From Okeania sp. (GTDB lineage: Bacteria; Cyanobacteriota; Cyanobacteriia; Cyanobacteriales; Microcoleaceae): DNA of 32,000 nt. The DNA lies in NCBI RefSeq assembly GCF_035285525.1, contig NZ_JAYKGW010000235.1, forward strand, positions 28,317-60,316. The letters run 5' to 3'. The notes beneath the pieces are model-generated. The model searched no databases. It was not told the DNA's origin and saw nothing but the letters and a program-made list of their open reading frames with translations. Below are positions 10,108 to 18,197 of this stretch, piece by piece (position 1 is the first letter of the stretch; every line of letters begins with the position of its first letter). Made by a program: the position numbers and the translations under genes.

Positions 10108-11640
10108 ATGAATGGACAAAAATCACATAATACTTCACCTACTATAATGGTGGTAGATGACCAAGAATATATGCGTTATTTGCTGTCTAGAGCTTTAAAA
10201 TTAGAAGGGTATGAGATAATAGAAGCAAGTAATGGCAAAGAATGCCTGGAAAAATGTAGCACTCAAATACCAGATTTAATTTTACTAGACCTAATGATGC
10301 CAGAAATGGATGGTTTTAATTGCTGTGTTAAATTGCAAAAACTTTTTAACGAGAGTTTATCAAATAATTTTTGTCTTGGGAACCTAGATAGCAACCCTTT
10401 AATTTATCAAACTCCATTATTAATAATCACTTCTCTTGAAGATAAAGAATCTGTTGATTTAGCTTTTAAAGTTGGGGCAATGGATTATATTACTAAACCA
10501 ATTAAATTGACAGTTTTACTGAAGCGAGTTCATCGAATTTTGCAAATTAATGAAGTGGTAAAAGAATTAAGGCAGCAAACAGAAAATGCCAAATTTATGA
10601 GTTTTATTCAAGAACGGATACGTCAATCATTACAACTTGATGAAATTCTAAAAACTACAGTAGATGAAGTCAGAAGTTTTCTGAAAACTGACAGAGTATT
10701 TATATATAAATTCAAGCCTGATGGAACAGGAGAAGTAGTTATGGAATCTGTGAGTTTTTATCAAACATCTGTTCTAGAAAGCATGAATAAATTTAGTAAT
10801 AATGGACATAATAAATTGGCAGATAAAGAAGATATACCTATTGCAGATCTAATTCCATATCATGTTAAATTTCTGACTCAGTTTCAAGTAAAGGCTAACT
10901 TAGTAGTACCAATATCAAAGATTAATACAGAACAAAAATCTGCAGAAGATTTTGATTATACTCAAGAACAATTGTGGGGATTATTAATTGTTCATCACTG
11001 TTCAGAACGAAGAAAATGGCAGCCTTTAGAAATTGAATTTCTGGAACGTTTAGCTGGACAGTTAGCGATCGCTATTCAACAATCAGAAATATATCAAAAA
11101 TTAGTAATTGCTAATCAAAAGTTAGTTGAATTTGCCAACTATGATAGTTTAACTAAGGTTGCTAACCGTCGTGTATTTGAAGAATATATGGATAAAGAAT
11201 GGCAACGTATGGCAAGGGAAAAAACACCAATGACTTTGATTTTATGTGATGTTGACTATTTCAAAGGTTACAATGATACTTATGGTCATTTAGCAGGAGA
11301 TAGATGTCTGCAAACTATTGCTAATGTAATTAAAACAGAAGTTAAGCGACCGGCAGATTTAGTTGCACGTTACGGTGGGGAAGAATTTGTAATTGTATTA
11401 CCTCTAACAACTGCTCAAGGTGGATTTGATTTAGCAGAATTAATTCGTCAGCGACTTTTAGATTTAAAATTAGTTAATTCTGGTTCCAAAATATCAGAAT
11501 TTGTTACTCTTAGTTTAGGTGTAGCAAGCACTATTCCTTTATCAGAAGTTTCCTGGGAAAAATTAGTAAAAATAGCAGATAAAGCCCTTTATAAAGCAAA
11601 GGAAGAAGGACGTGATCGCGTAATTATTAAAAATTTTTAA
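10108..11640 (+). CDS. Response regulator receiver (REC) - GAF - GGDEF diguanylate cyclase
   Basis: 510-aa ORF. REC motifs are VVDDQ and DLILLDLMMPEMDG ... ITKP. The central region is GAF-like (DRVFIYKF...WGLLIVHHC). The GGDEF domain has RPADLVARYGGEEF, i.e. an RxxD I-site five residues before GGEEF. Confidence 0.9.
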   Translation: MNGQKSHNTSPTIMVVDDQEYMRYLLSRALKLEGYEIIEASNGKECLEKCSTQIPDLILLDLMMPEMDGFNCCVKLQKLFNESLSNNFCLGNLDSNPLIYQTPLLIITSLEDKESVDLAFKVGAMDYITKPIKLTVLLKRVHRILQINEVVKELRQQTENAKFMSFIQERIRQSLQLDEILKTTVDEVRSFLKTDRVFIYKFKPDGTGEVVMESVSFYQTSVLESMNKFSNNGHNKLADKEDIPIADLIPYHVKFLTQFQVKANLVVPISKINTEQKSAEDFDYTQEQLWGLLIVHHCSERRKWQPLEIEFLERLAGQLAIAIQQSEIYQKLVIANQKLVEFANYDSLTKVANRRVFEEYMDKEWQRMAREKTPMTLILCDVDYFKGYNDTYGHLAGDRCLQTIANVIKTEVKRPADLVARYGGEEFVIVLPLTTAQGGFDLAELIRQRLLDLKLVNSGSKISEFVTLSLGVASTIPLSEVSWEKLVKIADKALYKAKEEGRDRVIIKNF

Positions 11641-11645
11641 ATTTT

Positions 11646-11866
11646 GGTATTTAAGCTTTAGTTTGGTAACACAACCTTCCCAGTTGTTACAGCTACCGAA
11701 GGCTGTGTGACAAATAATAATTTTAGTATTTAAGCTTTAGTTTGGTAAGACAACCTTCCAGGTTGTTACAGCTACCAAAGGCTGTGTTACAGGGGATAGA
11801 GATTAATCTTCAAAAGTTTGGTAATACAACTTTCCAAGTTGTTACAGCTACCGAAAGCTGTGTGAC
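11646..11866. repeat. Three tandem copies (~78-79 bp spacing) of a hairpin-forming repeat tttggtaa.acaaccttcc.ggttgttacagctacc.aaggctgtgt.ac
   Basis: Copies lie at about 11646-11711, 11725-11790 and 11815-11866, immediately after the GGDEF gene stop. Copy 2 contains the perfect hairpin acaacc-ttcca-ggttgt. The same family occurs in inverse orientation at 31600-32000. Confidence 0.75.
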
Positions 11867-11886
11867 AATTGAACATTCCTTCTTTT

Positions 11887-12468
11887 CTAGAATGGAGTAT
11901 TGCAGTTAAATAACATTTTTTCTATCTGAGAATCAATAAATAATGGTTGAACTGGAATTTTAACAAGTAACTTTTGAAAGGAGCAATTATCTTGGCTAAT
12001 AGTTTTTTCTAACTCTATTTTGATTTGTTGCCGATAGAAACCACATAATGGTTCCCACCTTTGAGATTTTTGAGGAACTAATGCTAAAATTTCTGGAGAA
12101 AGTTGGTTTAATTTAGTTGCCCAAGTTTGAATAATATTCGAGTTCAACAGAGGTAAATCACATCCTAATAATAAAATCCAATCACTATTAATTTGAGTTA
12201 ATCCCTCAGTAAAAGCAACTAAAGGACCTTCATTTTTTAACTCAATTAACCATTCACATTCTATAGGTATAATTGGTTGATATTTTTCCGGCCACGGAGT
12301 AATAATATAAACTTTTTCTGTACATTTATTTGCTACTTGATACACCCTTTTTAACATAGGTATATTTTCCCAAAGCATTAAGGCTTTATCTTGACCCATA
12401 CGAGAACTTTTTCCACCTGCAAGAATGAGTGCTACTAAATGATTTTTAGAGAGTGAAGATTTATTCAT
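11887..12468 (-). CDS. mobA: Molybdenum cofactor guanylyltransferase
   Basis: 193-aa ORF with N-terminal ALILAGGKSSRMGQDKAL and internal LLLGCDLP, typical of MobA. Confidence 0.85.
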   Translation of the reverse strand: MNKSSLSKNHLVALILAGGKSSRMGQDKALMLWENIPMLKRVYQVANKCTEKVYIITPWPEKYQPIIPIECEWLIELKNEGPLVAFTEGLTQINSDWILLLGCDLPLLNSNIIQTWATKLNQLSPEILALVPQKSQRWEPLCGFYRQQIKIELEKTISQDNCSFQKLLVKIPVQPLFIDSQIEKMLFNCNTPF

Positions 12469-12498
12469 ATCTAAGCTTGATAGATGTTTGTTATAACG

Positions 12499-12600
12499 AA
12501 AAAAACTGTAGGGGTTTAGTCTCCAAATCCCTTAGCACTTGGATTTGGAAACCAAACCCCGCACTTATAAAATCTTACAACCTAATTTAAGATTGCTATA
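12499..12600. repeat. Dispersed repeat family 'tatagcaatcctaaatagg ... ggggtttgg..ccaaacccctacag'
   Basis: aaaaaactgtaggggtttagtctccaaatcc...ggatttggaaaccaaaccccg...aagattgctata. Related copies lie at 16103-16172, 27059-27150 and 28355-28455. Confidence 0.55.
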
Positions 12601-12921
12601 ATTTTCTTAAACGAGGGAATAGTTAGGGAGTTTCATACAACCTTTGTAGCGAGAAGCCAAAATAAAAATACAAGACTTACGCAACGGCAATAATTGTAGA
12701 GACAGTATCTGGCATAATTGCCAAATTATACACCATACAGCAGTTTTCATTTCGGTAGACCACAGTAGGGACGTTAGCATTTTTGTTATGCAACGTCCCT
12801 ACCAGGTTTTGGTAATAGGGATATGATTCATCAATTTTAAAAGGACTGTATATTGGGGTAATGCGTAATTCCTGAAAATAGTTAATACCCTACTGAGCGA
12901 TCGCTATTTTTGTAGTTATAC

Positions 12922-13290
12922 TTAAGCTAACAACTTAATCATTTCTTCAGTAACAACTTCTACTTTCAGAAAGCGGCAAATAGCTTCAATTTTATTCCCT
13001 TTACCAATTTTAAATTCCAGATGTAACCAATTTTCCGGTGACAGACCAAGATTCTCTATCCAAGATGAAGGAGTAACTTGCCTCCATCCTACGATTGTAC
13101 CAAGATTTCTGGGAGAAGTGACATTTGTAAGCAAACCTATCTGAGGTAAAAATTCTATTTGGAGATGAGTACAGGAAACCAAAGTAACCTTAAGCGGTTG
13201 GTCAACTGTTGCTACTTCTGCTTCACTTGAGTCTAATTCCCAGTAGTAGTTAAGATTAAGTATATAATCGTTAGGAAATTGCCAATTCAT
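12922..13290 (-). CDS. Hypothetical protein (no recognisable family)
   Basis: 122-aa ORF in a clean gap between other genes. I see no motif I can assign, so the coding call rests on ORF length only. Confidence 0.45.
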   Translation of the reverse strand: MNWQFPNDYILNLNYYWELDSSEAEVATVDQPLKVTLVSCTHLQIEFLPQIGLLTNVTSPRNLGTIVGWRQVTPSSWIENLGLSPENWLHLEFKIGKGNKIEAICRFLKVEVVTEEMIKLLA

Positions 13291-13566
13291 TGAAAGTAAC
13301 TCAGCTTCTGTAAAATCGTACTCTAAACTGCTCCCTGTTCCCTATTCCTTTTCTTCACTAACAGACTTTTTCAGTAAACCCTAACTACAAAATAGAGCAT
13401 TTAGGTGACTATATCACAAGTCAGTATCTTAAAATCACCCATCCTAACCTCTAATTTTTTCTGGAGATAGATTTGCTAAAAATCTTATTCCAAAAGGTTT
13501 TTACTTTAATTGTCACCCCTCCAGTCAATTGAGAACAGTTGATGACAGATATCTATAAATTATGCT

Positions 13567-14331
13567 TCACTCCATAATCACAGGATTTGTATTAGTCCTA
13601 AAATTAACCACATTGCCAATAACAGCGATCGCTGGTGCTTCAAATCCAGTCGCTTCAATTTTTTCTACAATATTATTGAGAGTACCAATTAATTCTTTTT
13701 GCTCTGGACGAGTTCCCCACTGAATTAAAGCTACAGGTGTTTCTAGGTCACGTCCGGCAGCAATCAGTTCTTCGATCACATTATGCAAGTTATGCACACC
13801 CATATAAATCACTATTGTTTCTGAACCATGGGCGATCGCTTCCCAATTAATTTCGGGTCGATATTTACCTGCTGCTTCGTGACCTGTAACAAAGGTGACT
13901 GAGGAACTATAGTCTCTGTGAGTTACAGGGATACCAGCATAAGCAGGTGCAGCGATACCGGAAGTGACACCAGGAACAACTTCCACAGATACTCCTGCTT
14001 GCATTAAGTCTTGGAGTTCCTCTCCACCGCGACCAAAAACAAAGGGATCGCCTCCTTTTAAACGTACTACTACTGCATGGGTTTTAGCTTTTTCTATTAG
14101 TAGTTGAGTTGTTTCTATTTGCTCTAGGGAGTGACGACCGCGACGTTTTCCTGCATTAATTTTTTCCGCAAGGGGGTTGATCATTCCCAGAATAGTTGGA
14201 CTGACTAGAGCATCATAGATCACAACCTCAGCTTGCTCTAATAGAACTTTGCCTTTGAGTGTCATTAGTCCGGGATCTCCGGGTCCTGCTCCTACTAAAT
14301 ATACTTTGCCTACAAATTTTATGTGCTTCAT
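13567..14331 (-). CDS. cobA: Uroporphyrinogen-III C-methyltransferase
   Basis: 254-aa ORF with VYLVGAGPGDPGLMTLKG, VVRLKGGDPFVFGRGGEE, VPGVTSGIAAPAYAGIPVTHR. These are SUMT/CobA signatures. Confidence 0.92.
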   Translation of the reverse strand: MKHIKFVGKVYLVGAGPGDPGLMTLKGKVLLEQAEVVIYDALVSPTILGMINPLAEKINAGKRRGRHSLEQIETTQLLIEKAKTHAVVVRLKGGDPFVFGRGGEELQDLMQAGVSVEVVPGVTSGIAAPAYAGIPVTHRDYSSSVTFVTGHEAAGKYRPEINWEAIAHGSETIVIYMGVHNLHNVIEELIAAGRDLETPVALIQWGTRPEQKELIGTLNNIVEKIEATGFEAPAIAVIGNVVNFRTNTNPVIME

Positions 14332-14357
14332 ATTCTGGGATGGCGATAAAAACTAAA

Positions 14358-15200
14358 TTACTTTAATTGTACCTCTAAATTACCATTATCATAAAATAGA
14401 ATCGTAAACTCTGCCCACTCTGTTTTGAGTGATTCTTTTTTAAGATTAGCTTCAGAATTAACTAGACTAGGTATAGGTGTCTTTTCCAAATTATCTACTG
14501 CTATTTGATTAAAAGGTTCATAATCAGCGATCGCGCCATTTTTATCTATTTTAACTAAGTATATTGAAGTTAGATTTACCGGAGTTTTCCAGTTTTTATA
14601 AATAGTATTGTATAGTTTTTGTTTTAATTGTAATAATTCTGTTTCATTGGTAATTTTGTTAGCTATTGGTTCTACATTTTGAGGTGGAGAATGAGTATTT
14701 TTTTTCCAAGAATTTTTATTTAACAACTCAAATTTATTATACAGCTCGTCTAAGGTTTTATTTTTTTCTGTTGAAGTTGAATCGTAAACAACATTAGCCA
14801 CAACTTTTTCTTTATTTAATCGATGAATATCTCCAGTAATCAGGATACGATAAAATCCAGAAATTATCACCAGAACAATAGTAGTTAATGAAACTAATGA
14901 TGCTGTTTTAAATCGTTCGGTTAATTCCGTTGTACTATGAGCAATCATATCTTGCTCTGAAATATCTGTTTTCACCATTATCATTTCCGCTTCTTGGCGT
15001 TGGATAGTTATTTCTCTGCTTGAACCAACCCTAATGTGCAATGGACCCAACAATTTGCTTTTACCCAAAACTTGCACTGGTTTATTAGAAACTATTCCCT
15101 TTTTTTCTAGTCTCTGAACAATTCCTCTTGTATCGTCATTGCTGATAATTCGTTCAACTATTCCTATTTGTCCTGTTTTTAAATGCAATAAATTCATCAT
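14358..15200 (-). CDS. FeoA-domain membrane protein with uncharacterised C-terminal domain
   Basis: 280-aa ORF. The N-terminal ~75 aa (LKTGQIGIVERI...RLEKKGIVSNKPVQVL...GPLHIRVGSSREITIQRQEAEMIMV) fit the FeoA SH3-like pattern. One hydrophobic helix follows (LVSLTTIVLVIISGFYRILI), then about 150 aa of unknown function. It lies 26 bp upstream of cobA on the same strand. Confidence 0.6.
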   Translation of the reverse strand: MMNLLHLKTGQIGIVERIISNDDTRGIVQRLEKKGIVSNKPVQVLGKSKLLGPLHIRVGSSREITIQRQEAEMIMVKTDISEQDMIAHSTTELTERFKTASLVSLTTIVLVIISGFYRILITGDIHRLNKEKVVANVVYDSTSTEKNKTLDELYNKFELLNKNSWKKNTHSPPQNVEPIANKITNETELLQLKQKLYNTIYKNWKTPVNLTSIYLVKIDKNGAIADYEPFNQIAVDNLEKTPIPSLVNSEANLKKESLKTEWAEFTILFYDNGNLEVQLK

Positions 15201-15883
15201 CGTTTTAACTTATTTTTTTATGTACGTTGAAAGAATTATATTTTTTTTTAGAAAAAATTTCAATACTTAATACTAAATTTAACATACCTCTACAAAAATT
15301 AAAATTTACCTAAGTAGTCGGACCAAGTTAATTTCCTAGTTGAGAGAGGCTACAAGAAAGGGAGAAAAGAGAGTCAACAGAATATGTAATTAATTTTGTT
15401 TATGTACTTATTAAAAATTAGTGAGGTACAAAGTTTTATCCGTAAATGAGAAATAGAGATATTAGTTTTGAGCTATAGAAATCCTCAATATTTTTTGACA
15501 AATCAAAAAGTAAATAGAAAAACTGATTTCTGGGGAACCGTAACTCTCACCTGTTCATAGTTAAGCGTTTCCTGTTCCCTAAAAGCTTTTGAATTTTGTA
15601 CATAAATAAAATAGGATTGCTATATATCTATGTCACTATTCTAAAAAGTGCTGTAATTGTTGATACTAACTTACTAAAATACAGTTGTAAGTATTTATTC
15701 ATCTTCTATTAGCTATAGCAATTTTCAATACGTTGTCATACTTTATCTCCCCTTGTATTATAAGTTGTATCTCACAATTAGCATAAAAAAGAAAGTAGCT
15801 TAGTAAGTATTTATACTGTATTAATTATTTCTATTTAAGTTTCTCATTGGTCAAATTATCAGGAAAGTATTAAGTATAAATAC

Positions 15884-16060
15884 TTACTTATATGGATTCA
15901 GTTTAACAGTTTTAAAATAATCTATGTTTTGTAAAGCTGCAAAAATTCCTGTAAATTCTATTAGTTTGCTAATGTCAAAAATTCCGGATTTACCATCTTA
16001 AAATTTCCGATAAAGTTGAGAGTTTTCTTGATAGCTAAATTCTATGATATCTTTTAACAT
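15884..16060 (-). pseudogene. Decayed DUF2442-like small gene with an in-frame TAA and a truncated C-terminus
   Basis: GGAG lies 8 nt upstream of the ATG at 16060. The reading MLKDIIEFSYQENSQLYRKF(TAA at 15998-16000)DGKSGIFDISKLIEFTGIFAALQNIDYFKTVKLNPYK stays in one frame. It follows the DUF2442 pattern as I recall it (ML.D..E..Y.....L...F.DG..G..DLS.L....G.F..L.....F..V.V). Confidence 0.4.
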
Positions 16061-16102
16061 AATTTACTCCAAAGATTCAATTTTTTCTAAAGGATTTTAC
16101 TC

Positions 16103-16172
16103 TATAGTAATCCTAAATAGGTTGTAATATTTTATCTAAGGGGGTTTGGAGACCAAACCCCTACAGTTTTTT
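16103..16172. repeat. Copy of the 'aatcctaaatagg / ggggtttggagaccaaacccctacag' repeat family
   Basis: tatagtaatcctaaataggttgtaatattttatctaagggggtttggagaccaaacccctacagtttttt contains the hairpin ggggtttgg-aga-ccaaacccc. Confidence 0.6.
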
Positions 16173-16400
16173 CTAATGAATGATTTTATATTGCTATATA
16201 TTCAATTCCCTTACGGTTTTAACCAGAGGTAATTATCTATTAATGAATAATAGATAATGAATATTTTTTCCCGCTTCAGTAACCCAGAAACAGGGTTGAT
16301 TTTTGTGGTATAAAAGCAGATAAACCTGGTTTACTAAATACCTCAAGATACTAATATATACCTGCCATAAACCCGGTTTATTATAGAGGGAAAAATAATC

Positions 16401-17060
16401 TTATTTTTTCTGCTGCATTCGAGCTAACATATTAGACCTAAATTCGGCAAATGCTGCTTCTGTCGCTGCAGAATTTTGCCATGAGGAACGTGTCATTAAA
16501 TTTTTACACCAAGCGCTAACTTTAGGATATTCATCTAAGGAAATACCTCCTCTGGAAATTAGAGGAATTATTGTTCCAGCAACAACGTCAGCTAAAGTAA
16601 TATTGTCACTACCAAAATAAGGGCGATCGCCTAATAATTTCTCAAAGAATGTAAGGACTGTGGAAATTTTTGCTTCCGCTTTTGCAACTTTTTCTGTGTC
16701 TTCTCCAGGCATATCTAAAATTCGTGATATTAATGGATTAATTGCAGGCAATAATTCATTAACACTCACCATTTGTACCATCCTTACAATTGTTAATTCT
16801 TCTACCTCTTTAGGTAACATATTAGGGGTAGGATATTTGGCTTCTAAATAGTCAAGAATTGCTAAAGATTCGACTACATTAAAACCATCATCTACCAAAG
16901 CAGGAATGTGATGAAAAGGGTTAATTGCTAAAAATTCAGGTTTAAATTGTCCTCCATTAAGTTTGACTTCTACTAATTCAAATTCAAGTCCTTTTTCTAA
17001 TAGTGTTATCCAAACACGGCGGGAGTTAGGAGATACGGGGGTGTGATAAAGAGTTATCAT
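16401..17060 (-). CDS. Glutathione S-transferase
   Basis: 219-aa ORF. It has an N-terminal thioredoxin-like GST fold (LYHTPVSPNSRRVWITLLEKGLEFELVEV..., IPALVDDGFNVVESLAILDYLEAKYP) and a helical C-terminal domain. Confidence 0.88.
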   Translation of the reverse strand: MITLYHTPVSPNSRRVWITLLEKGLEFELVEVKLNGGQFKPEFLAINPFHHIPALVDDGFNVVESLAILDYLEAKYPTPNMLPKEVEELTIVRMVQMVSVNELLPAINPLISRILDMPGEDTEKVAKAEAKISTVLTFFEKLLGDRPYFGSDNITLADVVAGTIIPLISRGGISLDEYPKVSAWCKNLMTRSSWQNSAATEAAFAEFRSNMLARMQQKK

Positions 17061-17137
17061 TTAAAGAACCTCACAAGTTTATGAATGAGTTTAGCATTAT
17101 TGATTTTAGCATTAAACAGGACTTACCCAGGGTGAAG

Positions 17138-17305
17138 CCAGAAACCCGGTTTTTTTTCGTAAGTCCTAATTCAACTTAATATTTCAGGTAAAAGTCTTGG
17201 GTTAAAGAAATAAATTCTCAACCCAGAAACCGGGTTTCTTTTCGTAAACCCTAATTCAACTTAATATTTCAGGTAAAAATCTTGGATTAAAGAAATAAAT
17301 TCGGG
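17138..17305. repeat. 85-bp tandem duplication that includes the last ~14 codons of trmN6 plus 3' flank
   Basis: ttaatatttcaggtaaaagtcttgggttaaagaaataaattc starts at 17176. ttaatatttcaggtaaaaatcttggattaaagaaataaattc starts at 17261 and is the real gene end. Both are preceded by ccagaaacc.ggttt...cgtaa..cctaattcaac. Confidence 0.8.
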
Positions 17306-17983
17306 TGTATATATATCTTGTTTATTTTTGATAGTAAGAATATTTTCTTGTAATGGTAATTGTTGTTTACTTAGTTCCAGCAAAATTCGTTTCACAGGAA
17401 TTTCTTGGTTATGTTTAACATACAGTTTTCTCTGACAAAATAATCCCAAATCTTCTGCCTTTTCTTGAAAATTTATAGCTGGTTCCACTGGATAAATTAC
17501 AGCTAATTTACCTGTTGCTGATAAAAGTTTAATTGCTGTTTTTAATAAATCAGTTTGTGAAAGGAAATCGGTATGTCTGGCAACATTTCTTGCCTGATTT
17601 GCAGCTTTATAAGCATTTTCAAAAAAAGGTGGATTTGAGACAATTAAATCATAACGTTTTTGGCAAATTTTTGTATATTCTTGGATGGAATAATTGAAGA
17701 TTTTAATTCGGTTTGACCAAGGCGATCGCTCTACATTTTCCTTAGCTTGAAGAAATGAGTCTTTGTCAATTTCTACAGCATCAATAAATGTTCCATATTG
17801 TTGACTAGAACGCTGTGCCAACATTAAAGCAATTAAACCAGTACCAGTGCCAATATCTAAAATTTTTTCTGCACCCGAAATATCTACCCATGCTCCCAAT
17901 AAAGTACCATCAGTACCAACTTTCATAGCACATTTATCTTGCCAAACAGTAAACTGTTTAAATTGAAATTTATTTCCTTTCAT
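17261..17983 (-). CDS. trmN6: tRNA1(Val) (adenine37-N6)-methyltransferase (YfiC/TrmN6 family)
   Basis: 240-aa ORF. FQFKQFTVWQDKCAMKVGTDGTLLGAW closely parallels the E. coli YfiC N-terminus. It has the SAM motif LDIGTGTGLIALMLAQR and the catalytic IVSNPPFF (NPPF). Confidence 0.85.
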   Translation of the reverse strand: MKGNKFQFKQFTVWQDKCAMKVGTDGTLLGAWVDISGAEKILDIGTGTGLIALMLAQRSSQQYGTFIDAVEIDKDSFLQAKENVERSPWSNRIKIFNYSIQEYTKICQKRYDLIVSNPPFFENAYKAANQARNVARHTDFLSQTDLLKTAIKLLSATGKLAVIYPVEPAINFQEKAEDLGLFCQRKLYVKHNQEIPVKRILLELSKQQLPLQENILTIKNKQDIYTPEFISLIQDFYLKY

Positions 17984-18097
17984 ATTCTAAATTTTTCTCC
18001 TGATATCTATATCAATAATTATCCTCCTCAAAATTTACTCTGATTTAGCTGAAATTTTTTCATAATTACGTTATCTTAAAATAAATGTAAATTTATT

Positions 18098-18175
18098 AGG
18101 ACTTACACTGGAGGAACCCGGTTTCTAGGAGCAACCGAGTTTCTGGGTTCAGTTCAGTTTCTGCGTAAGTCCTGT
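18098..18175. mobile_element. Small MITE-like element of the aggacttac family between divergent trmN6 and the Rieske oxygenase gene
   Basis: taggacttacactggaggaacccggtttctaggagcaaccgagtttctgggttcagttcagtttctgcgtaagtcctg has terminal inverted aggacttac / gtaagtcct. Confidence 0.6.
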
Positions 18176-18197
18176 TTATCTGAAATAAGGACTAATA

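Noticed and set aside
16660-16851. 63-aa ORF (+) inside the GST gene
   Set aside because: It is a shadow ORF antisense to the GST gene.
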